In this document: positions 20,005-29,763 of the stretch, in pieces
Position numbering within the stretch: the first letter of the stretch is position 1
Layout of the letters: each line of letters begins with the position of its first letter
Source of the DNA: an uncultured Pseudomonadota bacterium
GTDB taxonomy: Bacteria; Oederibacteriota; Muellerivitia; Muellerivitales; Muellerivitaceae
Reading direction: 5' to 3'
Assembly: GCA_963770835.1 (NCBI GenBank)
Contig: CAVYRH010000019.1
Coordinates: forward strand, 1-64,000
Length of the DNA: 64,000 nucleotides
Made by a program: the position numbers and the translations under genes
The notes under the pieces: generated by a model
The model's database searches: none
What the model was told of the DNA's origin: nothing
The model's input: only the letters and a program-made list of their open reading frames with translations

Positions 20005-20772
20005 TTAACGAACCGGCATGGGTCCTTCCACGCTACCCGTCACGAACTGGCGGATATAGGGGTCTTGGCTGTTCTTAATATCCTCCGGCGTGCCGATTCC
20101 GATAATTTTTCCATCATATATCATGGCAATCCGGTTAGCCACCTTGTAGGCGCTGTGCATGTCATGCGTGACCACCACGGAGGTCACCCCCAATTTTTTC
20201 TGCATGTCGAGGATGAGATCGTTGATGGCCTCCGAGGAGACGGGGTCCAGTCCCGAAGTGGGCTCGTCGTAAAGGATGATTTCAGGTTCATGCGCGATGG
20301 CCCTTGCCAGGCCAACCCTTTTGCGCATGCCGCCGGACAGCTGGGCGGGTTTTAGGTCGAGCAGGTCGTCTTTAAGCCCCACCAGCTCCAACTTGGCCGT
20401 CACCGTATCGATAGCTTTCAGGAGGGGCATGTGAAAGTCTCGCGAAAGCCGGAAAGCCACGTTCTCGAACACCGTGAGGGAATCGAAGAGGGCGGCGTAC
20501 TGGAAAACCACACCCATCTTTTTGCGCAGCTCGTTGAGTTGCGATTCGCCCAAACGTTCCACTTCCTGGCCCTCCACCCAAACCTCCCCGGAGTCGGGGA
20601 GCAAGAGCCCTGCAACGTGTTTCAGGATGGTGCTTTTCCCTACCCCGGAGCGGCCGATGATGACTAGCGTCTCCCCGGCGAAGACCTCCAGGTCGATCCC
20701 GTCCAGGACGTTCCGGTCACCGAAAGACTTGGAAACCCTCTTGAGTTCGATGATTTTTTTATCTTCGTTCAT
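20005..20772 (-). CDS. mlaF: MlaF/Mkl ABC transporter ATPase
   Basis: GRSGVGKS, LSGGMRKRVGLARA, YDEPTSGLDP, VVTHD. Confidence 0.92.
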   Translation of the reverse strand: MNEDKKIIELKRVSKSFGDRNVLDGIDLEVFAGETLVIIGRSGVGKSTILKHVAGLLLPDSGEVWVEGQEVERLGESQLNELRKKMGVVFQYAALFDSLTVFENVAFRLSRDFHMPLLKAIDTVTAKLELVGLKDDLLDLKPAQLSGGMRKRVGLARAIAHEPEIILYDEPTSGLDPVSSEAINDLILDMQKKLGVTSVVVTHDMHSAYKVANRIAMIYDGKIIGIGTPEDIKNSQDPYIRQFVTGSVEGPMPVR

Positions 20773-20781
20773 GTTCCAACC

Positions 20782-21573
20782 TTATATGTGCAGCGCGATG
20801 AGTATTGCATTGAGGAAGTAGTCCGAGATCAGGATAAGCATGAACGAAAAAACCACCGCGTTGGTGGTAGCCCGGCCCACGCCTTCGGCGCCATTGGTAG
20901 TGGCAAACCCCTGGCGGCAGGCCACGATAGCGATGATGGCCCCAAAAAACATGCCCTTGATGACACCGCCCATGATGTCCCCCGCCTCCAGGGAGGTGCG
21001 CGTGCTTTCGATGTAAACGGTGGAGGAAGTGAATTTCATCGAGCAAATGAACAACCCCCCCGCCCAACCCACCAGGTCCGAAAAGACGATCAAAAGCGGC
21101 AACATGAAGGTAAAGGCGAGAAACCGGGGCACCGCGAGGTACTTCACCGGGTTGGCGGCCAGGGTGTAGAGGGCGTCGATCTGCTCTGTCACCTGCATCG
21201 TGCCGATTTCTGCCGCCACCGCCGACCCCATGCGGCCCGCGATGACCATGGCGGTAAGGACGGGGCCTAATTCCCTCACCATGGAAATGGAAACTACCGA
21301 GCCGATGAATTGGGATACGCCCTTGATCTTGGTTTCCAGGGTATAGCCCGACTGCAGGGCCAGCACCATGCCCGTGAAAAGGGCGGTGTTAATGGCCACG
21401 GGAATGGACTCAACCCCGATATACACCATTTGCTGGAGAATGAGCTTGCCATCGAAAGGCTTCCTGAACATCCACCGGTGGATGCCGATGGCCAAAAAGA
21501 CCATTTCACCCATTTCATGGATGAAAAAGGAGAGGAACCCGCCGAATCGTTCGATCCAATATTTGAGTTTCAT
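20782..21573 (-). CDS. mlaE: MlaE ABC permease
   Basis: RELGPVLTA...AGRMGSA..AEIGTMQVTEQIDAL, GAEGVGRATT. Confidence 0.93.
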   Translation of the reverse strand: MKLKYWIERFGGFLSFFIHEMGEMVFLAIGIHRWMFRKPFDGKLILQQMVYIGVESIPVAINTALFTGMVLALQSGYTLETKIKGVSQFIGSVVSISMVRELGPVLTAMVIAGRMGSAVAAEIGTMQVTEQIDALYTLAANPVKYLAVPRFLAFTFMLPLLIVFSDLVGWAGGLFICSMKFTSSTVYIESTRTSLEAGDIMGGVIKGMFFGAIIAIVACRQGFATTNGAEGVGRATTNAVVFSFMLILISDYFLNAILIALHI

Positions 21574-21602
21574 TTCAAACCTTAGGGGAAGTCGACATTC
21601 TT

Positions 21603-22736
21603 TTATCTGACGTAAACCCGCGGCACGCGCTCGCCCACCCCGCAAAGCAGTTCATAGGAAATGGTTCCAGCCTTGGCGGCTTGATCCTCAACGGAAAGAA
21701 AAACCTTTCCATCTCGGCCGAAGATCGTGGCCACATCCCCCGCCCTCACGCCCGGAACCTTGGAAACGTCGGCCATGCACATATCCATGCAAACCGTTCC
21801 GATCAACGGAACCTTTTTACCCCGGATCAGACAAGAACCCTCGTTCGATAGGCTGCGGAAAAGCCCGTCGGCGTAACCGATGCCCAGGGTAGCAACCTTG
21901 ATCCTCTTTTTCGCCCTGTAAGTCCGCCCATAGCTGACCGATTCGCCTTTTTCCAGCGTTTTAGTATGAAGAACATGGGTTTTCAATTGCATTACCGGAG
22001 TCAACTTCACGCGGTTTTTCATGTTGGGATGAGGGTAGACCCCATAAAGGGCGATTCCAGGCCGAACCCAGGTCCCTTTCGACTGGGGGTAATAAGTAAT
22101 GAGAGCCGCGCTGTTGGCCACATGAGTAGCCGGGCGGATCCCCGTTTGCCGGTGAATCTTTTCAAGGGCCTGTTGGAAAAGGGTGATTTGGCCCCAAGCG
22201 TACTTTGGGTCCGTCCAATCGGCGGTGGCCAAATGGGTGTAGACACCCGTGATCTGGATGCCGGGGACGCGGCGGATCGCCTCGATCTCCCGGATCACGG
22301 AAGCGGTTTGGACTCCCACCCGCGCCATGCCGGTGTCGATCTTGACGTGGACCATGACGCTCTCGATCCCTAGCTTCCGGGCTGCCTTGGAAATTTCTTT
22401 CGCACCCTCCACGGAACTAACCTGGGGGATGAGCTTGTTCTTTAAAAGAAGGGGAATTTCGGGGGGAAGCGTGGGCGTCAGGACCAGGACGGGAATCCGA
22501 ACCCCCGCCTTTCGCAAGGCCGCCCCTTCCTGAACAAAGGCCACAGCCAGGAATTTAGCGCCCGCTTGTAAAAGGGCCTTGGAAACCGGCACCAGGCCGT
22601 GCCCGTAAGCGTTGGCTTTGACCACCGGCAGGATTTCGGAACCCTTAGCCAATCTTTGGAGGGCCTTAAAATTAGCCTTGAGGGAACCTAAGGAAACTTC
22701 AGCCCAGGAAGGAGTAATGGAATTCGGTGTTTTCAT
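21603..22736 (-). CDS. alr: Alanine racemase
   Basis: VVKANAYGHG, HVKIDTGMAR, GYADG, GTVCMD, GTISYE. Confidence 0.96.
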   Translation of the reverse strand: MKTPNSITPSWAEVSLGSLKANFKALQRLAKGSEILPVVKANAYGHGLVPVSKALLQAGAKFLAVAFVQEGAALRKAGVRIPVLVLTPTLPPEIPLLLKNKLIPQVSSVEGAKEISKAARKLGIESVMVHVKIDTGMARVGVQTASVIREIEAIRRVPGIQITGVYTHLATADWTDPKYAWGQITLFQQALEKIHRQTGIRPATHVANSAALITYYPQSKGTWVRPGIALYGVYPHPNMKNRVKLTPVMQLKTHVLHTKTLEKGESVSYGRTYRAKKRIKVATLGIGYADGLFRSLSNEGSCLIRGKKVPLIGTVCMDMCMADVSKVPGVRAGDVATIFGRDGKVFLSVEDQAAKAGTISYELLCGVGERVPRVYVR

Positions 22737-22780
22737 GCGGAGTGCATTGTAACAAAACCGGGTTTTGTTTGGCGGAGGGA

Positions 22781-24187
22781 TTAACGCTCGGAAACCTTGG
22801 ACTTTGATTCAAAGGAAGTGTATTGGCGGTGGAAATAAACGTCAACACTGTCAGTTGGGCCGTTACGTTGTTTGGCGACCACTAATTCATATTTGAAATT
22901 CGGATGACCCTCCTCCGATTGTCCCTCGGTTTCACGATGGATGAAGACGACCACGTCGGCGTCCTGCTCGATGGCGCCGGATTCGCGCAGGTCCGAAAGC
23001 ACGGGGCGTTTTTCTTCCTGGCCCTTCTGGGGGCGGGACAACTGGGACAGGACGATGATCGGAATGTCCAGGTCCTTGGCCAGTGCCTTGAGCTGACGGG
23101 AAATATAGGCGATTTCCTGTTCCCGGTTGTCCGCGCGAACACCCGCCTGGATGAGCTGGAGGTAGTCGATGATCAGCAGGCCGATGCCGTGCTCCCGCTT
23201 CAAGCGCCGGGCCTTGGCCTTCAGATCCAGCACCGTGATGGAGGAAGTGTCGTCGATGAAGAGCTTGGCTTCGTAAAATTGGCCCGTGATGTTGACGAGC
23301 CGCCCGCGGTCGGGGTCGCTCAAGTAACCTGATCGGGCTTTCTTCAGGTCAATGCGTGCCACCGAACAAAGCAAACGAAGAGCCAATTGCTTGGCGGTCA
23401 TTTCAATGGAGAAGAACCCCACGGGAATTTTCTTTTTCAACTGGTTGGTGCCCATACAGGCGTGCTGGGCGATATTAAGGGCCAGCGAGGTTTTTCCCAT
23501 GGAGGGCCGGGCCCCCACGACGATCATTTCGGCGGGCTGGAGCCCCGCCGTCAGGTCGTCCAAGTCGAAAAAGCCGGTCGGCACGCCCGTGATGTGCATC
23601 TTCTGGTCGGAGAGGTTGTTGACGTACTCGTAGGAGTTCCCGATCAGGTCCTTGATGCTGGAGAAATCCTTGCTTTCCCGAAGCTCCGTGGCTTCGAAGA
23701 TCCGGTGCTCGGCGTCGTCCAAAAGCTCCTTGATGGGTATGGAATCCTCATAGGCGTCCGCCACCACCTGGGTGGCGGCCGCGATGAGCTTACGGGCCGA
23801 GGACTTTTCCTTGACGATGTTCGCGTAATACTCGGCGTTGGCGGCCGTGGGGACGCGCTCAATAAGGGTCGTCAGGGCCGAAACCCCGCCGATGGTGTCG
23901 AACTCTCCCATGTGTTTGAGTTCGTTGGAAAGGGTGATGATGTCCACCGGTTCCTTGCGGTCGTCCAAGGCCACGATGGCCTGGTAAAGCTTGCGGTGGG
24001 CTTCCCGGTAGAAGTCCTCGGCCTTGCAGAGGGGAATGACCAGGCGGGTGGCCTCGGAGGAAAGCATCATGGCCCCGAGGACGGATTGCTCGGCATCTAG
24101 ATCCTGGGGCGGAACGCGGAACTCCGAACTGTTGGGCAGGGGCGAAAGCGGGTTACTTTTACGGGCGACTTCCATGGTGGACTCCAT
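22781..24187 (-). CDS. dnaB: Replicative DNA helicase
   Basis: AEQSVLG, GARPSMGKT, IDYLQL, LSQLSR, DLRESGAIEQDAD, KQRNGPT; no intein. Confidence 0.97.
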   Translation of the reverse strand: MESTMEVARKSNPLSPLPNSSEFRVPPQDLDAEQSVLGAMMLSSEATRLVIPLCKAEDFYREAHRKLYQAIVALDDRKEPVDIITLSNELKHMGEFDTIGGVSALTTLIERVPTAANAEYYANIVKEKSSARKLIAAATQVVADAYEDSIPIKELLDDAEHRIFEATELRESKDFSSIKDLIGNSYEYVNNLSDQKMHITGVPTGFFDLDDLTAGLQPAEMIVVGARPSMGKTSLALNIAQHACMGTNQLKKKIPVGFFSIEMTAKQLALRLLCSVARIDLKKARSGYLSDPDRGRLVNITGQFYEAKLFIDDTSSITVLDLKAKARRLKREHGIGLLIIDYLQLIQAGVRADNREQEIAYISRQLKALAKDLDIPIIVLSQLSRPQKGQEEKRPVLSDLRESGAIEQDADVVVFIHRETEGQSEEGHPNFKYELVVAKQRNGPTDSVDVYFHRQYTSFESKSKVSER

Positions 24188-24276
24188 CAGATTTTTGCGA
24201 GCGCGTCATTGTAGTCGGAGGGCTAAATGGATCAAGTTTTTTCATGCAATTCGCGCTAAAGCTATCAACGTTTGAG

Positions 24277-24359
24277 TTATGCACTTTTCCTCCCGCACCA
24301 GGCTCATCCAGAAGACGAACTCACAAGTCACCCACATGGGCATACACAGCTTTTCCACA
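24277..24359. promoter_or_regulatory. Phased array of DnaA-box-like 9-mers
   Basis: Consensus TTTTCCACA (24351-24359) plus degenerate GCATACACA, TCACCCACA, GAACTCACA ending 11-12 bp apart; also TCATCCAGA and TTATGCACT. Confidence 0.45.
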
Positions 24360-24494
24360 ATCCGTTTACGTCACTTTTCAGTTAGTATACGCTAGTATAC
24401 CAAAAAAATTCAATTAATTCTGTTATGGGCAAAAGCTCAAGAAGGCTTCACATGGATTTTTAAGGATTTATTTTCGTCGGATTAACGAGGGGTA

Positions 24495-24938
24495 TTAAAG
24501 CTTCGCGACTTCCACGTGCAGGATGGCCGTAACTTCGGTATGAAGCTTGATCTTCACCTCATGCTTCCCCACCAAGCGGATGGGCTCGTCCAGGATCACG
24601 TGTTTTTTATCGATCTCAAAACCCTTTTGTTGAAGGGCTTCCGAGATTTCGGCCGAGGTGATGGAGCCAAAAAGCCTTCCCTCTTCCCCTGCCTTGTGGC
24701 GCAGGGTAATGGTCGTTCCCTTGATCTTGGCCGCAAGCGCCTCGGCATCTTCCTTTTCCTTGACCTTTTTGCGCTCCAACGACTTCTTCCCTTCTTCGTA
24801 TTGCTTCATCGTGCCGCCGGTGGCCTCAATAGCCAGGCCGTTGGGGATAAGGAAGTTGCGAGCGTAGCCTTCTTTTACTTCGAGCAATTCGCCTTTTTTT
24901 CCGATCTTGGGAACGTCATTTTTTAGGAGAACTTTCAT
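24495..24938 (-). CDS. rplI: 50S ribosomal protein L9
   Basis: MKVLL..DV..IG..G, GYARNFLIP, GRLFGSIT. Confidence 0.97.
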   Translation of the reverse strand: MKVLLKNDVPKIGKKGELLEVKEGYARNFLIPNGLAIEATGGTMKQYEEGKKSLERKKVKEKEDAEALAAKIKGTTITLRHKAGEEGRLFGSITSAEISEALQQKGFEIDKKHVILDEPIRLVGKHEVKIKLHTEVTAILHVEVAKL

Positions 24939-25705
24939 GGCGCAGGCTCCGGGGGAGGGTTTTTAATTTTCCTGAAATCGAACCAAATATCCATCACACC
25001 CACAAAAAAGATGGGAAAAACCAGCCCTAAACGAATAGCCCCCCAAAAGATCGTGACCAGCAACACCACGCGCATGAAAGGGGTAAGGCGAAAGCGGCTA
25101 AAAAGAAAGACGATAATGCTGATGCCCCCCAAGATGTAAACCATCCCCAAAAACACCAGGAGGTTATTCCCCAGAATGTCCATCCAGGTGCCTTCCTTAA
25201 ATGCGATCTTCAGGAAACCGGCTAGGATCAAACCAAAAACAAGCGGTTCAGGCACGATCCAAAGGCGGAAAGCCAGGCTTTTGGGGACCTTGAGGGTTAC
25301 CCTGGAAAGGAACGCCGAAGAAAGGTAGTAGGCCAGCAACCCCGTGATCAGGCAATTAACGGCGATCCATGCGGGAAGGGCCTGGAAAACGTACTTAACG
25401 AACACCATCTTCACGAGGCCGATCTCTTCCTCGGTGAACCCCTGCTGGACCATCTCGGGAAGGCTGAGAGTCCAATAACTATCAAACGCCTTCTGGATGA
25501 CGGTGATAAGGCTATTCGGCTCGGACATCTGGAACAAGGACAGACCCGCCAGGATGACCACCGCCATCGTCGCTGCGGCGGCCAATACCGCGCTTCGGGG
25601 CTTCAAGCCCTTGAGCAAGGCCCAAGTCGAAGCCAGGCTAGCCACACCTAACATCAGGGCGGAACCGATTAAATTTACCAAGAGGTCAACCATCGCCGCT
25701 CCCAA
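24935..25705 (-). CDS. DUF2232/YybS family membrane protein
   Basis: Polytopic, ends GVMDIWFDFRK; conserved position between rpsR and rplI. Confidence 0.8.
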   Translation of the reverse strand: MGAAMVDLLVNLIGSALMLGVASLASTWALLKGLKPRSAVLAAAATMAVVILAGLSLFQMSEPNSLITVIQKAFDSYWTLSLPEMVQQGFTEEEIGLVKMVFVKYVFQALPAWIAVNCLITGLLAYYLSSAFLSRVTLKVPKSLAFRLWIVPEPLVFGLILAGFLKIAFKEGTWMDILGNNLLVFLGMVYILGGISIIVFLFSRFRLTPFMRVVLLVTIFWGAIRLGLVFPIFFVGVMDIWFDFRKIKNPPPEPAP

Positions 25706-25722
25706 GGTAACGCTCCTTTGGA

Positions 25723-26043
25723 TCAGGCGTTGGCGAAAGGAAGCAAGGCGATGTTGCGGGCCCGTTTGATGGCCTTGGTCAACTCGCGTTGGTGGCTGGC
25801 GCAGGTTCCCGTCATGCGGCTCGGGACAATCTTGCCCCTCTCGCTCACGAAGGAACGGATCTGGTTAAAGTTCTTGTAATCGATGGCCACCACTTTTTCC
25901 GCGCAAAAGCGGCAGGATTTGCGGCGCGGACGGCGGAAACGGCCGCCACGGCCTTCGCCGCCTTCACGGCCTCCCTCGCGGGGGCCTTCGCGGTGTCCTT
26001 CACTGCGGGGTTTGAATTCTCTCTTTGGTTCGTCCATTTTCAT
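25723..26043 (-). CDS. rpsR: 30S ribosomal protein S18
   Basis: [33 protein letters not shown]; Gly/Arg-rich N-extension. Confidence 0.97.
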   Translation of the reverse strand: MKMDEPKREFKPRSEGHREGPREGGREGGEGRGGRFRRPRRKSCRFCAEKVVAIDYKNFNQIRSFVSERGKIVPSRMTGTCASHQRELTKAIKRARNIALLPFANA

Positions 26044-26094
26044 CTCCTTAGAAATTCGATTGTGGGGCGATTAATCGCGCCCAAAGTTAAATGA

Positions 26095-26526
26095 TTAAAA
26101 AGGTATGTCCTCTTCACTGCCGGAGGCAACGGGGCCTTGGCCTTGGGCCACTCCCTCGTCTTCCACGGCCTCATGGGTGCCCTCCGACGGGCCCTTGCCG
26201 CGGTTGAGGAACTGGATGCGCTCGGCCACCACTTCCATGATGCTGCGCTTCTGCTTATCCTCGGTTTCCCAGGTGCGGCTTTGCAGCCGGCCTTCCACGA
26301 AAATGGGGTCTCCCTTTTTCAGGTATTCCCCTACCGCTTCGGCTTGCTTGCGCCAGACCACCACCGTGACGAAACAGACGTCTTCCTTCTTCTCGCCTGA
26401 CTGCAGCTGGTAAACACGGTTGATTGCCATGCGAAGGTTGGCCACCGGGGCCCCGCCGGCGGTATACCGCAATTCGGGGTCCTTGGTGAGATTTCCGATG
26501 AGCATGACTTTATTTAAATTCGGCAT
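26095..26526 (-). CDS. ssb: Single-stranded DNA-binding protein
   Basis: NKVMLIGNLTKDPELRYT, VEGRLQSR, C-term EDIPF. Confidence 0.97.
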   Translation of the reverse strand: MPNLNKVMLIGNLTKDPELRYTAGGAPVANLRMAINRVYQLQSGEKKEDVCFVTVVVWRKQAEAVGEYLKKGDPIFVEGRLQSRTWETEDKQKRSIMEVVAERIQFLNRGKGPSEGTHEAVEDEGVAQGQGPVASGSEEDIPF

Positions 26527-26550
26527 TTCTCTTCTCCAGGTTCGAAACCG

Positions 26551-27057
26551 TCAGGGGTTGGTATCGGACGCGGGGGCCGCCGGCGCCGGGGAAGGTTGAA
26601 CGGAAGGTGCCGCCGGGGCCGGGGAAGGCTGAACGGAAGGTGCAACCGGCGCATGCTCAGAAGGCCGGGGAGCCGATGTCCGTGGCGCTCCCGGGCGGTG
26701 TGGGCCCTCCGACGAGACAGGCCGCGGTGTGCGGACCGGCTTGGGCTTGGCCTTCAGGTGGCTGATGGTGTCCTTGACGATGGAGAACTTGATAACCTTC
26801 TCCAACAGGCGCAGGTTACGGGTAATTTCGGCCACGCTCTCGGTTGAAACCGAAACGTGGTAAAACACGTAATGGCCCTCACGGTGTTTTTTCACCATAT
26901 AAGCCAGGCGGCGCTTGCCCCAATCGTCCTTCTTCAGGACGGTCCCCTTCGAGTCGTTGACGATCTGTTCGATTTTGGTCGAAACAGCGGCCATTTCCTC
27001 GGCGGTCGAATTGGGGTCCAAGATGTAAATGACGTCGTACTTCGAAAGATTCGACAT
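26551..27057 (-). CDS. rpsF: 30S ribosomal protein S6 with Pro/Ala-rich C-terminal extension
   Basis: YDVIYILDP, WGKRRLAY, EGHY; first gene of rpsF-ssb-rpsR. Confidence 0.95.
   Translation of the reverse strand: MSNLSKYDVIYILDPNSTAEEMAAVSTKIEQIVNDSKGTVLKKDDWGKRRLAYMVKKHREGHYVFYHVSVSTESVAEITRNLRLLEKVIKFSIVKDTISHLKAKPKPVRTPRPVSSEGPHRPGAPRTSAPRPSEHAPVAPSVQPSPAPAAPSVQPSPAPAAPASDTNP
26576..26643. repeat. 33-bp tandem duplication in the rpsF tail (APSVQPSPAPA x2)
   Basis: 26576-26608 versus 26609-26641, two mismatches. Confidence 0.9.
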
Positions 27058-27065
27058 TGAACTTT

Positions 27066-27162
27066 TCCTCCTTTTGGATTCTCCCCCGGAAGGGGAGATG
27101 TCCCCTTCGTCTTTCTAAAGGGAACAAGGTTCCGGCGAAGGGCCACGCGGCCAAAGGCGGGA
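27066..27162 (-). promoter_or_regulatory. Candidate S6:S18-type autoregulatory leader of rpsF
   Basis: 5' CCGCCTTTGG can pair with CCAAAAGGAGG, sequestering the SD; internal hairpins; position as for known rpsF leaders. Confidence 0.45.
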
Positions 27163-27190
27163 ACAAACCCTGGTGTGCCAGGGGGAGTGA

Positions 27191-27220
27191 AGTATAGTTC
27201 TCGAGGGCTTTTATTTGCAA
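27191..27220 (-). promoter_or_regulatory. Sigma70-type promoter for the rpsF operon
   Basis: TTGCAA-18 nt-TATACT. Confidence 0.5.
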
Positions 27221-27249
27221 TATGAAAAAACCACCCATTTAGGGCTTTT

Positions 27250-27918
27250 TTACGGTTTAAGCCGGCCTCGACGCCAAGGCAGGAAGGGCATGCGAGGATC
27301 TCGGATAATCACGGTTCCGGCGATAAAGTCGTGGATGGCCCGTTTCTTTTTGTTGAATAACAGCACGAAAAATTCGCTGAAGGCGTAAACGTACCTCGCC
27401 AACACACAATAACCCACAAAGGGCGGGATATATTTTTCAAGGGTCGCTTCCCTTTCGACAGCCGGCATCAAGTCAAAGTCGTGCATGGTCGTATGGGACA
27501 ACGCCATGGCGTACCCCATGAACATCACCAGCACCAAGAGGGTCTCGAAAATGTTCCGCAGGATGGCGTTGAACCAGCGAACCTCATAGCCGTCCAGCCG
27601 GATGACCCGGATCTTGGCCAGCATTTTGCCGGGCGTCTGTCCCCAAAGGCCCGTCAGAACCATAAAGTAAAAGCGGAAGAAGGCAAAGCTGAGAAAGTTG
27701 GTAAGGATGAAAAACCAATAGGAGTGGAAAATCAGCCACCCCAGGACCTGGGAAACGGTCCAAACAACCGAACCGTCGATGGCTTGGCAGAAAAGGCGGA
27801 TGAAAAAGCCCGCGTAGATCCTAAAGCCGCATTTGGCGCAGGAATACTGCCGGGCTAAGACGCCACATTTGGGGCAAGTCCATTCGCCTGTTTCGGAAAT
27901 GACCCGGCTACTTGCCAC
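27250..27918 (-). CDS. RDD family membrane protein with N-terminal zinc ribbon
   Basis: CPKC...CAKC; YAGFFIR...ID, GQTPGKM, RAIHDFIAGTV. Confidence 0.88.
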   Translation of the reverse strand: MASSRVISETGEWTCPKCGVLARQYSCAKCGFRIYAGFFIRLFCQAIDGSVVWTVSQVLGWLIFHSYWFFILTNFLSFAFFRFYFMVLTGLWGQTPGKMLAKIRVIRLDGYEVRWFNAILRNIFETLLVLVMFMGYAMALSHTTMHDFDLMPAVEREATLEKYIPPFVGYCVLARYVYAFSEFFVLLFNKKKRAIHDFIAGTVIIRDPRMPFLPWRRGRLKP

Positions 27919-29587
27919 GCTCGAGCCTTAAGGTCTCAGGAACACTGTCCGCCACTTCCGAGGGACCCCAGAACTGGATGGGACCGGGGCTGGTGAAATC
28001 ATCCTCCAAGGCCCATTTCTCGCGCAGGGCGGCGAAAGCCTTAAAAGGCTTACCTTTTAGGTCCACCAGCGCTTTTTGGATGACCGGCTTTTCTTTGCCG
28101 TGGCGGCGCTCCATATTCATCATCATGGTCAAGGGAACCCCACCTGCCCTCCACTGGGCGGCCGGCTTCAGGAGGTCACGGGCGGAGGAAAGATAACCCG
28201 TCAATCCGGCGGCCACCAGGTAGGCGGCGGTGAACCCCAGCGAGTAGCAGTAATCGGCGTCAAAGTTGGAGGGGTCCGCGCAGCGTCCCTCGTAGCCGAA
28301 GAAATGCCCCTGGGCCGAGAACTTGCCGTTGTATTTCCCTTCCCGCTTCCAAAGCCTCAGCTTTAAATCCACCGCTTCCATCAGGAGCTTTTCGGTTTCG
28401 ATCTTGGACACCTGGACATTACCGTGGGGGTCCCGGTCGGCCAAGAGTTGGACTTGGATGGAATGGGGCAGGGAGTAGAAGGCCTTCTTGGATTCCTCTT
28501 TCAGCTGGTATTTCACGAAATCGATCTTTTCCTGGGCCGTTTCCAATTTCTCGAACTCGGTGTTGTGGGCTAAAAGGTCGTTAAGTTCGCCGATGAGTGT
28601 TTTCATCTCGGGAATGAATTCCAAGAGCCCCTCGGGCACCAGGGCCACCCCGTAATTCTTCTTCTGGGCCGCGCGGTCGGACACGGTTTTAGCCACCTGC
28701 TCGATAATTTGATCCAAGGTCCATTGGTTGGCCGCCACTTCCTCCGAGATCAGGCAAAGATTGGGGTGCGCCTTCAGGGCCACTTCCAGGGCGATGTGGC
28801 TGGCGGAACGGCCCATGACCTTGATGAAATGCCAATACTTCTTGGCCGAAAGGCAGTCCCGGCCCACGTTGCCGGCCAGTTCGGCGTAAACCTTGGTGGC
28901 CGTGTCGAACCCGAAGCTCACTTCGATTTGTTCGTTCTTCAAGTCGCCGTCGATGGTTTTGGGGCAGCCAATGACCCGCAGGGAGCCGTCCTGGGCTTTA
29001 AAATACTCGGCCAGCACCGCCGCGTTAGTGTTGGAATCATCCCCACCAACCACCACCAAAGCCGAAACGCCTTCCTTCAATAGGTTGGCTTTCACAGCCT
29101 CGAATTGTTCCGGGGTTTCCAGTTTGGTGCGGCCCGACCCAATGATGTCGAAACCCCCGGTATTGCGGTAGCCTTCCAATAGCTTGTCGGTGATTTCCAT
29201 CTTCTTGTTTTCAACCAGCCCCGAGGGACCGCCCAAATAGCCGACGAGGGTGTTTTTCTTGTTCAACTTTTTGAGGCCGTCGAAAAGCCCTGCCACCACG
29301 TTGTGTCCGCCCGGAGCCTGGCCGCCGGAAAGAACCATTGCCACTCGGATTGCCTTTTTCATGGATGCAGGCGCCTTGCCCCGCACAAAGAACGCCTCCG
29401 GCTGGCCGTAGACGTTCGGGAAAAGTTTTTGAAGGACGGCTTGGTCGCTGATGGACCGGGTGGCCTTGCCGAATTTGACGGTGACCTTGGAGGGGTTGCC
29501 GGCCAATACCTTGGGAAGCTTAGGCTGGTAGGCGGCCCGCGAAGCTTGGAGCGGGGAGACGTTGGATTTCAGGGACTTCGATTTCAT
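27908..29587 (-). CDS. pfp: Pyrophosphate-dependent phosphofructokinase (long clade)
   Basis: LSGGQAPGGHNV, GGDDSNTNA (GGDD indicates PPi use), PKTIDGD, MGRSASH, FGYEGR. Confidence 0.95.
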   Translation of the reverse strand: MKSKSLKSNVSPLQASRAAYQPKLPKVLAGNPSKVTVKFGKATRSISDQAVLQKLFPNVYGQPEAFFVRGKAPASMKKAIRVAMVLSGGQAPGGHNVVAGLFDGLKKLNKKNTLVGYLGGPSGLVENKKMEITDKLLEGYRNTGGFDIIGSGRTKLETPEQFEAVKANLLKEGVSALVVVGGDDSNTNAAVLAEYFKAQDGSLRVIGCPKTIDGDLKNEQIEVSFGFDTATKVYAELAGNVGRDCLSAKKYWHFIKVMGRSASHIALEVALKAHPNLCLISEEVAANQWTLDQIIEQVAKTVSDRAAQKKNYGVALVPEGLLEFIPEMKTLIGELNDLLAHNTEFEKLETAQEKIDFVKYQLKEESKKAFYSLPHSIQVQLLADRDPHGNVQVSKIETEKLLMEAVDLKLRLWKREGKYNGKFSAQGHFFGYEGRCADPSNFDADYCYSLGFTAAYLVAAGLTGYLSSARDLLKPAAQWRAGGVPLTMMMNMERRHGKEKPVIQKALVDLKGKPFKAFAALREKWALEDDFTSPGPIQFWGPSEVADSVPETLRLERGK

Positions 29588-29763
29588 AACAGCCTCCAAA
29601 AAAGGGGATCAAGCGGGCCGTATTATACCCACATTTTCATTTTTGAAAATCGGGCTGCGCCCGATGAAGTCATGTGGGTGATACAGTTTTCCATATTGGG
29701 CCCCTGGCCCTAAATTGATGATAAAACTGTATAGGCCGCTCTTTTTTCCCCGTATGAGCAAAA

